From assembly GCA_000092065.1 (NCBI GenBank), contig CP000582.1: 64,000 bases of DNA, one strand, 5' to 3'. A program made the position numbers and the translations under genes. This stretch comes from Ostreococcus lucimarinus (lineage: Eukaryota). Shown piece by piece: positions 51,054 to 61,675 of the stretch (the stretch's first letter is position 1; every line of letters begins with the position of its first letter). The notes below the pieces were generated by a model. It was not told where the DNA came from and did no database searches. It worked only from the letters and a program-made list of their open reading frames with translations.

Positions 51054-53447
51054 ATGCGCGACGCCCGCGCGGAGGCACCGCGTCGTGGGAAAGATTTGAA
51101 ATTCGAATCGGCGTCGCGTCGAACGAGGGCGAGGGCGTCGCGCGAAGCGTTCTCGCCCGGGTCGAGCGCGTGCGCGTCCGAGCGTGGAAGTTTCGCGACG
51201 ACGACGACGGTCGAGAGCGCGTCGCGACGCGATGCGCGGGAATACACGCCGCCGCCGTTGACGGCGGAGGAGATCGCAGAGATGAACGAAGCCGTATCTG
51301 AGCTCGTCGTCGAGAGCTCCATCCCGTTCGCGTGGACGAGCTCGCCGGCGTTCTTCCGGTTCATGCACGCGCTTAGGCCTGAACTCTTCAGCGCCGCGGA
51401 GCGCGCGCGCATCGAAAGCGGCGCGGAGCTCGTCGACCAGCCCGAGAACCTTCGATGTCGCCGTTGGCACTCGACAGCCGGCGTCGACGGGTTGTACGAG
51501 AAACGTATGAAACGCGCCCTCCGTGCGCTTGAAGACTGGGAGGAGTTGGCGTTATCGGCGGATGGTTGGCAATCTGAAGATGGCGTGAAAGTACTAAACT
51601 TGTCCATAACGGTGAGAGAAACTGGTCGCGAGTACTACTGGAAGAGCGTCGAAATAGAAACGGAGTCAGAAAGCGCAGTGTTCATGCAACAGACCGCCGC
51701 GCAAGTGATGAAAGACCTCCCACTGAAGAAGTTCAAATGCATCATTGGGGACAACACCTCGCATGTCGTCAGCTTCTTGGAAGCTATCGCGGCTACTCCA
51801 GAGACATCTCACATTACTCCGATTGGTTGCTATGCACATCGTTTCAACTTGCTGGCTGGAGACGTCCACGAGACGTTCAAATTCTTATTTCTGGATCTAG
51901 AGCGGGCCATCAACAAGCTCCGTGTTCAGTCTCGAATGCGCGCGCTTTTCGACGCGGCGCGTAAAGAGAAGAATAGTAAGAAACAACTTGAGACGTACTG
52001 CCCAACGCGATGGGCGTCCGCGCATGCATGTCTACACAGCTACGTACTGAATATCGACGTGTTCAGATTTTTGGACGAAGACGACGGTGTGATCGCAAAA
52101 AATTTCCGTAAAATGTGTGAAAAAGACTCGGAATCAATCTTTAAAGTATTCTTTGACCGGGATTCGCAGATGGCAGTCCGTAGGTTAGAGCCCTTGTTCC
52201 GAGGTTTGGCGGCGGCAAACAAGTTTATGGAAGCTACTGGCGCTCATCTTGCGGAAGTCTTCCCGCTGTGCTGGGCACTAGAAAAAGACTTGAGACAGTG
52301 GCTCGCGAACGTGAAAACGAGTGCTCAACAGTCATGGATTGAACGTGCGACGCGCCAGTCATGGATTGAACGTGCGACGCGCCAGCCGACACGCGATGGA
52401 CTCACGACGCCTGAGCAATTATCAGACGTACTTCACCGAGTTTACAAAGTGCGATTCGAAGGACTGGAGGCACAGCCAGGTAACCCAAGCACGAAGCGCA
52501 CGCCGTTGCGAGACGAACCCCTCGTACATCTTGCATCATATTTGAGTTACATGATGCATGCGAGAATGCGTATCAAACATCAGTTCGTCGTGCCGGAAGT
52601 ATATGAAGCGAAAAAAGGTATCGGAAAGATTCATTTCCACTTGGAGGAAAAGAAAGCAGACGTGGAAGCAGCCAAAACGGCATTAGAAAAACTGAACGCG
52701 GTCACCTGTCCGAAAGCGGCACGACCCTACCGCGACGACTATCGCGTTCGCTTCATCGAGAATGACGCGTACATCCAAGCTTGCGCCGACAAAACGTTTG
52801 TGGACGTTACACTGGAGCAGCTTGAGTACATCAGGGCACACAACTGGTGGCGCAACTTCTTGGAGCCAGAATGCGTGCAAACCTGGCCTGCATGGAAAGA
52901 TCTAATTCCTTTCGCACGTCGTATAAACGCGATTGTTCCACATAGTGCGTCTGTTGAACGCATGAACTCGTCTCAGAAACTTGTGCACAACAAGAGGCTC
53001 AGCTTGAGCCACGCGAATGTCCAGAAGTTGTCTTTCATTTACTTCAATGCTAGGCATGAGCGCCGGTTATTCGCGAGTCCCTTTCATCGTTTGGTATCAG
53101 AGACATACGACGCAGCAGAAAGTCAAGTAGCCGCGAGTCCTGTGGTAGTTGTGGACAGCGACAGTGATGATGGAGTTGGTGAAGATGAAATCCTCTCGTC
53201 AGATGACGACGACTTAGACGAGTACTTAAAAGAGGTAGACGAGCTCGTCATGTCGCCACACGCAAACGTTTCGAATGGAACGGAAATGACAAGTTTAGGC
53301 AACCTCGATGAAACCGTGCCGGTACAGGATGATGTCTCGCATCCCACTCGGAACAAGGCAAAGGAAACTTTTGCACAGAAGACAGCTCGCAAGGCATTAG
53401 AGCGTCAAGAGAAGAAGAGACGTAGTAAGAGTAGAAGATTGCAATAG
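51054..53447 (+). mobile_element. hAT-family transposase-like gene (hAT dimerization domain at C-terminus)
   Basis: The C-terminal ..WWRNFLEPECVQTWPAWKDLIPFARRINAIVPHSASVERMNSSQKLVHNKRLSL.. is the hAT dimerization signature. The central region is transposase-like. The coding region is ~48% GC, but the 5' ~200 bp are GC-rich. It contains an internal 27-nt in-frame tandem duplication. Confidence 0.65.
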
Positions 53448-53510
53448 ATAGACTAGCGCGCGACGTGAGTCGGTTTTCGCGCGGTTCTCGTCGATTCGCC
53501 ACCGTCGTGC

Positions 53511-53580
53511 CAGCTCGTACCAGCTCGTATCAGTTCGTATCATCTCGTATCAGCTGCGATGACGACGACGACGACGACGA
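53511..53580. repeat. Five tandem 10-mers (cagctcgtaY-like) followed by (GAC)7, 64 bp downstream of the hAT ORF
   Basis: cagctcgtac cagctcgtat cagttcgtat catctcgtat cagctgcgat, then gacgacgacgacgacgacgac. They might be subterminal repeats of the element. Confidence 0.5.
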
Positions 53581-53639
53581 ATGCGTACGGGTCGCGCGCG
53601 CGCGAAAGCTGCTCGATCGATCGCTCGATTATTACGATA

Positions 53640-54701
53640 TCACTCGTCGGGATGCGGGACGATGAAAGCGGCGGCGTCGGTGCGAACGTCGGCGTCGCGC
53701 GAACCGCGGCGACGGGACTCGGCGGCGGCGCGCGAGGGCGACGGCGAGGGCGAAGACGCGGGCGAAGCGACGAGCTCGCCGACGATGACGTCTCGCGGAG
53801 AATCGCCGAGGGCGTCGGGGTGAGGGTCGGTGGAGGCGGTGGTGACGGCGCGGGAGGGTCGCTTGCGACGGGCGTCGCGGCGCGCGCGTCTGAGAGCCGT
53901 CGCGAGGGACTCGCCGAGCGGCGCGCGCGAGTTTTCGGCGTCGGCGACGACGACGGGTAATCTCGGTAAACCTCGCGCCTCGATCGCGCTCACGATGACG
54001 GCGACTTCGCCGAGATCTAAACCGCTGAAAATTACCGCGCGCTGACTGCCGTACTCACCGCCGCGAGCGAGAGCCGCGTCGCGCGGCGATTCCCAGTCCG
54101 GTTCTCGCGTTCGAGCCACCTCTTCTAAAGTCATCCACGCGTGCTCGCTCCGCGCGGGGATCACGGGTACGTCGTAACCACCGAGTTCGTCCACCAGCAC
54201 GCGCACTCGAGGCCACTCTTCGGCGCGGAAACCGACGAGGATGACCGCCGGCGGTCCGCTCGGCGTCGACGCGGCCGCGTCGGCGACCGTCTTCGCCGTC
54301 GCGCGCGCGGTGATGCCCAATATCTCAGCCTCTCTCTCCTCGCTTAAATCACCGTGCGACGTTTCAGGTTCGTACTCCCACTCGTCGTCTTTTTTTGCGA
54401 CCGACGCCGCGTTCGTCGTCGCCGCGTCCCGCTCGGGCGCCGCGGCGTCTTCGACCCCTTGCGCGTCTCGCGCCTCACCCGCGCGCCGTTCGTCCTCCAT
54501 CGCCGCGTCCATCATCTTTTGCAACCACGGGTCATCGCCGCCGTCACCGTCGCGCGTCTCGCTCGCACCGCGCCGCGTCCTTTCGCGTCGTCGTCGTCCA
54601 CTCGCGACGCTGACGCGGCGGCGGCGAAAAGCAACCGCCGAAGACGCCGACGTCGACGTCGTCGCGCGACAGCGCGCCGCCGCGCCCGTCGCGGGCGCCA
54701 T
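53640..54701 (-). CDS. Hypothetical organelle-targeted protein
   Basis: A real ATG; MAPATGAAARCRATTSTSASS.. looks like a transit peptide. A conserved-looking core (VILVGFRAEEWPRVRVLVDELGGYDVPVIP..AVIFSGLDLGEVAVIVSAIEARGLP) has no family assignment. Confidence 0.35.
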   Translation of the reverse strand: MAPATGAAARCRATTSTSASSAVAFRRRRVSVASGRRRRERTRRGASETRDGDGGDDPWLQKMMDAAMEDERRAGEARDAQGVEDAAAPERDAATTNAASVAKKDDEWEYEPETSHGDLSEEREAEILGITARATAKTVADAAASTPSGPPAVILVGFRAEEWPRVRVLVDELGGYDVPVIPARSEHAWMTLEEVARTREPDWESPRDAALARGGEYGSQRAVIFSGLDLGEVAVIVSAIEARGLPRLPVVVADAENSRAPLGESLATALRRARRDARRKRPSRAVTTASTDPHPDALGDSPRDVIVGELVASPASSPSPSPSRAAAESRRRGSRDADVRTDAAAFIVPHPDE

Positions 54702-54958
54702 CGGTTTTGTTTCGTTTCGTTCGCTTTCGTTTCGTTTGACTCGGTGATGCGACGCGCGAGGAGTGAAGTGAAGCGAAGGGCGGTTGAATTCTGGTTTGTT
54801 TTGGTTCGTCGCGCCGCGCCGCGACGCTTGGGCGCCGTTGGTAATGTATTCGTTCGTAAAATACGCACCGTAGGCGTCGTCTAGGTGTGGATTCGTCGGT
54901 GATGTCGAGCGCGTGCCGCCGTCATCGCGCTAAAGCGTTTATTCAATCGCCGGTTCGC

Positions 54959-56038
54959 TCACGCGCGCCCGCCGTCGCGCATCGTGCCCACGCACACGCG
55001 AAGGGCAAACTCTAACATGCGGATCGGGATGAGAAAGACGCTGATCGGAAACGGAAGCTTGAAGCCGTACATGATTTGCGACCAAAATCCCGTCATCGCG
55101 AGGACGAAGATGGCGAAATTGAAAACCGTTCCTTTTTCATCGATGACGTTTGGTCCGAGGTACTTGTGGCGGACGAGATACGTCAACAGCCCACGAGCAA
55201 AGAGTTGTGCGCCACGCGTTGCAGAGTGATACGCGGTGATGGCCTGCTGAACTAACCACGCCGCGATGACACCTATGACTTTACAGGCATATCTCACGCC
55301 AGGTCCAACCCATTTCTGATACTCCTTGGGCGTGCTCATCATCAACACGGGGGTGAGATTTTCATCGACGATGTTGTGCACGATGTCACCAACAGCGACA
55401 CCAAGAGAGACACACGCCGCGAAATGCACGCGTAATGTAGCCACGACGGCCACGAACCCCATGTAGATCGCACCCAGAGCATCTCCAACCTGTTCAGGAT
55501 CCATACTCTTGGCGACGACGCCAATCTTTCGAACCACCAACGCCTTCTTCGTAATCTCTTGCGTATCCGGAATGCCGTTGTGGTCTTCATCTAGCTCATC
55601 GTCCTTCAAGCTCGCGCGCTGCGCAGCTTCGATATTGCGCCATATTATCACCAAAGCGTCTCGAGTGTTCGCGTAGCCGGTGATTCTGTACGCCTCCACC
55701 GCCGCCGTGATCGTGGCAAAGTATCCGCCAAAGAAGCACAGGATGAATCCAACGATCGCCGGTCCAAACTCTTGCGGGTGGTACGGTTGCAGCGCGAGCC
55801 AGGTTTTCCGACAAAACTCAAACGTGGCCACGGCGTAGGGTTCAGATTGCGCCGCCAAACGGCTCGCGGCGACGAGGGCGGGGCCGGCTTTATCTAATAC
55901 CGTTGGGAGCGTCGTCAAGCCCGCGGTGACGACGGACGGCGACGGCGCCGACTGGGCGACGACGTGTTTCACCGGCGGCGCCGAAGGCGGTGATTTCGTC
56001 GCCTTGTTGGATTTCAATTTACGCGAAAACACGGACAT
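54959..56038 (-). CDS. Hypothetical multi-pass membrane protein
   Basis: A real ATG. An S/P-rich presequence is followed by 6-8 hydrophobic helices (IVGFILCFFGGYFATITAAV.., FNFAIFVLAMTGFWSQIMYGF). No assignable domain. Confidence 0.35.
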   Translation of the reverse strand: MSVFSRKLKSNKATKSPPSAPPVKHVVAQSAPSPSVVTAGLTTLPTVLDKAGPALVAASRLAAQSEPYAVATFEFCRKTWLALQPYHPQEFGPAIVGFILCFFGGYFATITAAVEAYRITGYANTRDALVIIWRNIEAAQRASLKDDELDEDHNGIPDTQEITKKALVVRKIGVVAKSMDPEQVGDALGAIYMGFVAVVATLRVHFAACVSLGVAVGDIVHNIVDENLTPVLMMSTPKEYQKWVGPGVRYACKVIGVIAAWLVQQAITAYHSATRGAQLFARGLLTYLVRHKYLGPNVIDEKGTVFNFAIFVLAMTGFWSQIMYGFKLPFPISVFLIPIRMLEFALRVCVGTMRDGGRA

Positions 56039-56206
56039 CGGTCGCGCGCTCGAGGGCGCAGGCGAGAAGTGCGGAGTGCCTTTCGAGGCGCGCGACGGAT
56101 GTTGCGACTAGAATTACAATACTACAACATGCGCACATGCTTTCGCTACGCGACACGTGCACGGCGGGCTAAAGGACAGTGACTCGAGTCAGGCGCTTCT
56201 TTCGCT

Positions 56207-57142
56207 TCATAGTTTCTCTCCGATCAACTTTTTAAGCAAAACGCGTCTTGCTCCGAGTACCCCGCCGAGTCCGTACCACCACGGATCTTCGCCACAGGCG
56301 ACGTATCCCCGGCGCTCATACATCTCGCGTGCGCGCTGATTATCGACATCAACATGAAGCCAAAGATGGGTGTATCCCCAAAGCCGCGACGCACGTTCGC
56401 ACTTCACCAACATCGAGCTCGCGACGCCTCGTCCGCGCGCGTCGGCTTTGACGGCGACGTTACTGACGTACGGAACACGTGGTTTTGTCGTCGGAAATGG
56501 CTCCGGAAATAAAGCTTCTGGTGAACACACGCGAAGGCTTGCGCTTCCTACCCAACGAGACTCATCATCGGCGACGGCTTCGTCCAGGCGCGAGATCAGC
56601 GTCAAGCACTGCGCCTTTTGTCTCGCGCGAAGCGCTCGCGCGTCGTTTTTCGCGTATTCATCGCCGAGTTTCTTCATTTCACGAATTTCACGACTCGCCT
56701 TCTTCCGTTCTTCAATCTGGTGCGTCGTCATGTGCTTCAACTCCTTCGCGATCGAGCGCGCGTACGCGTCGTCCAACATTTTCTTCACCGCCTCCGCCGC
56801 GTCGTCCAGCGCGTCGCCGCGACGCTCGGACTTTTCCTCGACTCGCGTTTCGTACGCGAACGCGTCCCCGCAGACTTTCGCCGCCGCCGCCGCGTGCGCC
56901 GCCGTCGTCGCCACGCGCACGTGCACGCGCGCGCCGCGCGCCGCGCTACCGCCCGCGTCGTCGGCGGCGCGCGTGGACGTCGGCGAAGCGTCGTCGACGT
57001 CCGGCGCGGACCGCGTCAGCACGCGCGCGCGCGTCACCGAGGACGACGCGCGGGGAGTCGAGCGGCGCGACGGCAACGACGACGACGCGCGCGCGGTGGG
57101 ACAGGACGCACGCGCGCGCAGAGCGATTACAGCGGGCGTCAT
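56207..57142 (-). CDS. GNAT-family N-acetyltransferase with transit-like presequence
   Basis: Acetyl-CoA motif VAVKADARGRGVASSML and ..THLWLHVDVDNQRAREMYERRGYV are present. Confidence 0.7.
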   Translation of the reverse strand: MTPAVIALRARASCPTARASSSLPSRRSTPRASSSVTRARVLTRSAPDVDDASPTSTRAADDAGGSAARGARVHVRVATTAAHAAAAAKVCGDAFAYETRVEEKSERRGDALDDAAEAVKKMLDDAYARSIAKELKHMTTHQIEERKKASREIREMKKLGDEYAKNDARALRARQKAQCLTLISRLDEAVADDESRWVGSASLRVCSPEALFPEPFPTTKPRVPYVSNVAVKADARGRGVASSMLVKCERASRLWGYTHLWLHVDVDNQRAREMYERRGYVACGEDPWWYGLGGVLGARRVLLKKLIGEKL

Positions 57143-57357
57143 AGCTTCTCGCAGGCCGCGGACGAGTGGCGCTGGAATGATCGCATCAACCCCGCTTGAG
57201 GCAAACAAACAAGGACTGAAGGAGACAAGACTTCGCTCAGCTCAGGAGGACGTTGTAAATAAGCTCTGTGCTTGCTCTTTTTCTAATGAACGGTGAATTC
57301 GACGATGATTTCAAAGACGGTTTAACTTGAATATTTCAAGGGTGTCGTACGTGATAC

Positions 57358-59324
57358 TTAAAATCGCTCACCGAATCGAACATATGTGGAGGCCGTGCCG
57401 CTGTTGTTATCAATGCACCACTCCGCTCGCACCGGCCCCAGTTTGATACCAACACCGTGAGTTGATCCTTTACCAGCTCTTCGATAAAACTCCGTTGGGT
57501 TACCTGATAACGCTGAACTTGACGATAAGTCGGAGCATTGCTCCCAAAATAAGAAGCCGTGTGTTTTCAATACAGGAACAGGGAGGCGTATCTCAACTGC
57601 AGTCTCGAGAAGAGAGCGTGCGGCGCCAAGTTCACCCACGGTGTATCCTCTACAAGAGTGCGGGCCACCCAAAGCAAAAGCATCGTAAGCTGCGCAATTC
57701 CCAAGAATGTGACCTGCTCGAGTGTGCAAGACAACAACAGGAGGAGGAAGAGAATTTTTCTTGTTTTCTGGCAGCAACTGAACAAATCGTGTTAATTCGA
57801 CTTTGGAACGGTTGAATATCGGTCGTTTTGGCCAAAACGGAATCGACTGATCGATCTGAAATATATCTCGGGCGCCGACTTGCGTACCGTTTACAAACGT
57901 CGTCGTGTCTCTGGTGACATTACCCTGAAGGAACATGACTCGATCTGTACCTGTGTCAGATAACGTAGTTCGAGGACCATCAAGCGACAGAGAACCATTT
58001 GGGAGTTGTTTTGCGCCAGACGCACATACCGCTCCCGAATCATCACGCGTTGTCACTTCTTCTAATACCATACCAAGTGAGCACTTCGACTGCTTTGTAA
58101 AGTTCTGGCAAACCGTCGCCTTGATACCTGCTCTATCGACCCAAATGCCGGGAACATCTTGAATCAGAGGCCCTCCGGTGAAGACCGGGGACAGTTTCCG
58201 CGAATTGAAAGCCGCAGCTTTGAAAGATGTCTTATCGCTATCAGCGTCGCCTTTGCAGTACGGGTGGTTGTACTCCAGTTTGAACCCCAGATCTTCCTGT
58301 GGTTCAAGGAAGTTGGCTGTTGAAATCGACCCAAAAAGTTGACGTCCCCAGCTATCCAGATTCCTGTGTTCAAAGAACACAGAACCACCTGGACGCGCCG
58401 AAACAAGATCTGGACGACCATTTTCACCTGGTGCGATACTCCATTCAAGTTCAGTCTCCGCTGTCTTCGTTGGTCTTTCGCGAAGTAGTATATCAACTTC
58501 AATTTTGGATGGATCGCGCTCATCAGGTCTCGGTACAACTTGGACGTTGTCAAACAACTGCAGTAGGAAAATATCACGCAATGCCGTCTTCGCGTCTTCG
58601 ACGTTATAGAGTTTTCCAACTTTAAAATTATGTTCCCTCTGAATCACACGCGGATGAGTCACTCCCTTGTTGCCAGGCATTGGCTGGAGATTCTCGTCTA
58701 CAAAGACCGCTTGGACTCGTGTGATTTCTCCCTCGACGACGTGTGCTATGACCTCACCATTTTCCATTCCATCGAAGTGTGATATCGTACCGAATGTGAG
58801 GCCCTTGCTGGTGTAGTAACCCTCTACGATATTTTTTGCTGTCGCCAACACGCGGACTGTACAGTTTTGACTTTTCCGAGCAGCTTTCAAAACCTCTTGT
58901 TCGACATCTTTTGGAAGTGCAGTCGACCCAGCAACTCTAAACGATTGTACCTGCGGCCAGATCTTTTCTCGAAAAACAAACTCAACTGCGTAACCATCCT
59001 GTTTGGGCGTGACATTGGCGTCAACGTTTGCGAAGAGACCTGTGTTAAGAAGCTGTTCAAGATCATCAGAGAGATCTTTCTTCGAAAGTTCCGCGCCCTT
59101 CCGCGCATTGAGACCCTGAAATAATTCGGACTGTATTGAAAGGAGTTAGTAATAAGTTAAATATTCATGCCGCCTTCCTTACCTTCGTCGGAATACCTGG
59201 ACCGGTCGGAAGATTCGTCGCGAGGACTGATTCACAAATGAAATTATCCCTGTTCTTGGGCTTGTTTGCGGCACGGGCAGTATTTGTGGAGGATTCGTCG
59301 TCGCTGTCGTCGTCGTCATCATCT

Positions 59325-59362
<38 letters not shown>

Positions 59363-59812
59363 GTATTCAACATCGTCGTCGTCAACACTGAGCTCGCCTT
59401 CTCCACCGGAAGCTCGAGCGTCAGCGATAGGAATCGCGGTCAGAAGGTAAATGTTGCTACCACTGTGGCCACTCGAATCGTCAGAGTCCCAACCGTCACC
59501 ACTACCGTCGTTGCCATTCCCGATGCCGGAGCCATGATTTCCACTACCTCCACTTCCAACCTCTGGTTCCTCAGTCACAGAGCTGCAAGCTGTTCCTTGT
59601 TTATGTTTGCTCCTGAGGGTTACACGAAACAAAGAGCGCGACGGTGTGTTGCGCGTGGGCGAAAAAGACCAGTTGGTGCCGGAAGCTCGACGGCTAAATT
59701 TTCCACCCGATGATGCTACGCTCGACGACGCTTTATGTTTATTGTATCGGTGACTGGGCGCGGCGGACTTGATGAAAGCGGCGCGGGAAGAGACCTCCGC
59801 AAGGACGGACAT
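57358..59812 (-). CDS. TOC75: Toc75/OEP80-family (Omp85) chloroplast outer-envelope beta-barrel protein, two exons
   Basis: Exon 2 (57358..59130) encodes POTRA-like repeats and a barrel ending ..GVGIKLGPVRAEWCIDNNSGTASTYVRFGERF, with the GYTVGELG motif. Exon 1 (59183..59812) encodes a transit-like, Gly/Ser-rich stretch and a poly-Asp run. A 52-nt phase-0 intron joins ..PTK | SELFQGLNARKGAEL.. Confidence 0.75.
59131..59182 (-). other. Short spliceosomal intron (52 nt) with GTAAGG donor, TACTAAC branch motif and TACAG acceptor
   Basis: The frame is continuous only if this segment is removed; its stop codon otherwise splits the Toc75 ORF. Confidence 0.7.
59296..59390. repeat. (GTC/GAC)n trinucleotide array encoding poly-Asp in Toc75 exon 1
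   Basis: About 18 consecutive gtc units lie on the + strand, giving DDDDDDDDDDDEDDDDDD in the protein. Confidence 0.8.
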
Positions 59813-60250
59813 GTTCTATCGAAGGCCGCTGTTCTCTATCAAGCGCCAGGGTGTACTTGAATTTTTCGAGAGACTCAAAATGAACCTACTATAAGTGGCG
59901 GCAGCGGACTCAGCCGGTTGAGCACGGCGCGCGAATGACGCCGTGCGCCCTCAAGGGCGAAAGGCTTGAAGCGGAAAGGGTGTCATAATCGACATCGCGC
60001 TTTTCGTATTTAATACGCTTTGAAGACCATACTGGTACCCAAAATAAAAAACTATCATGTAGGTCTCCCCCGAAGGAATAATTTATATCAGACAGATAGA
60101 CTTTAGGCGAATGAAGACAAATTATATGCATTCTTAATCAGTTCATGTTTCGAGTTTACACATAAACTGAGGCGCGCAGCGGCACGGAGCCGTCGACAAC
60201 CGTGCGGCCGCCACTCGCGCGAGGATATCCCATGCACCACAGCTTTCTGA
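59813..60250. promoter_or_regulatory. AT-rich bidirectional promoter region (Toc75 / LTV1)
   Basis: It is ~45% GC with TATAAG and TATAAA-like elements, in contrast to the GC-rich divergent spacers elsewhere in the window. Confidence 0.4.
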
Positions 60251-61624
60251 ATGGGAGGTCGCAAGAAGACGTCGTTTGTGGATAAAAAGAGCGCGGTGAC
60301 GTACGCGTTGCTCCCTAACCACGACCGACAAGCGCACAGCCTCGGCCTTCCTAACACATGGGTCCGGACGGACAATAACCAGGGTGCGGACCCCTTCGAT
60401 GACGGCGATCACGTTGGGCGGGAACTCGAACGTGAGCTCCGAGAAAGCCATTCACAACACGTGTCCGCGGGCGATCTTTCAAATGAAAAGGACACAAACA
60501 ATAAATTGACGGCATCAGAGAAGTTGGAACTAGGACTTCCAGACGACGGCTATGATTACACTAAACACTTAAGAGAGTGCGACCCAGATAAAGTACGTAC
60601 CGTAGAAAGTGATTATGCAAATCCACGCAGTGAGATATTTACGAAAAGCATTGACCACGCAAGAACCGAGTATGCGGGCGGGGCAATGAACCAAGGCGAG
60701 TGTGATTTTCACACCTTGCACGAACAAGATAACATTGCCGACGTGTTACAACTTCTTGACGACATAAGCCAAGGCGGATCAATGGAAACCTGCGCTTACG
60801 AGGAGTTACAAGACGATATAATTTTCTTGGCTAGTCAGCGTAAAAGTGAAGAGCGGTGCTCATCGCCTTTCTTGCCCCGAAAAGTAGAGCCGTTGAGTCC
60901 GCAAACCCATCGTGCAGCCACGAAAGTATTAGTAAGAAGTTCAAGTGATGCGGTAGGGAACGAACGTTCAGACGATAGCCATTTTCTGCGTATGATCCAT
61001 AACTACGATGACGACGATCTTGGCGCTACGCCGATGAAAGATGAGAGCAATATTAGATCTGAGAACACAAAATGGCAGACTCTTGAGCAGTTGAACTTCA
61101 ACGATGGAAATTTACAAAAGCATAACGTGGATGCACGCACAGTGAAAAGTTATGCGCTCAATCATAGTGAGGAACAAACTCCACGAAATGCCTACTTAGA
61201 AGAAAGCATTCTGGACAAAAGAACTCAAGCGACCCACATGTATGACTGCGAAAGCATTTTGAGTTTGCACAGTAACTCAAACCATCATCCAAAACTTCTT
61301 GAAGGGAGACTTCTGAGTGAAGAACGTAAATTGAAAACGCCAGATCAACAGAGTGCAAGCATTCCGGGCATTCATACTTGTTTTCCTCTCGGTATGAAAG
61401 CATCATCAGAAGCTGAATTCGATTGGCGCAGCTGCACAGCTCGTAAAGGAGAAAGTGCTCAACAGAAAAAGGAGCGCAAAAATGCCGTCAAAATGGGCCG
61501 TCGACAAGCTCGAAGTACGAAAAAGGGGTTGAAAGAAAGTTTTCAATATTTCAAGCAAGCAGGAGCTGGGGGCGGTAGCTCTGGGGATGTAAGAGCAAAG
61601 ATATCTGTGACAAAAATGCAGTAG
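60251..61624 (+). CDS. LTV1: LTV1 pre-40S ribosome biogenesis factor
   Basis: The N-terminus MGGRKKTSFVDKKSAVTYALL matches LTV1 (MGKKKxFIDKKxAxTF). The basic C-terminus (KKERKNAVKMGRRQARSTKKGLKESFQ) is also LTV1-like. Confidence 0.7.
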   Translation: MGGRKKTSFVDKKSAVTYALLPNHDRQAHSLGLPNTWVRTDNNQGADPFDDGDHVGRELERELRESHSQHVSAGDLSNEKDTNNKLTASEKLELGLPDDGYDYTKHLRECDPDKVRTVESDYANPRSEIFTKSIDHARTEYAGGAMNQGECDFHTLHEQDNIADVLQLLDDISQGGSMETCAYEELQDDIIFLASQRKSEERCSSPFLPRKVEPLSPQTHRAATKVLVRSSSDAVGNERSDDSHFLRMIHNYDDDDLGATPMKDESNIRSENTKWQTLEQLNFNDGNLQKHNVDARTVKSYALNHSEEQTPRNAYLEESILDKRTQATHMYDCESILSLHSNSNHHPKLLEGRLLSEERKLKTPDQQSASIPGIHTCFPLGMKASSEAEFDWRSCTARKGESAQQKKERKNAVKMGRRQARSTKKGLKESFQYFKQAGAGGGSSGDVRAKISVTKMQ

Positions 61625-61675
61625 CATATCCATGTGGTTGCTCAGTTCTGAAGCATTTCTAGCGTAGGCGCTGTA

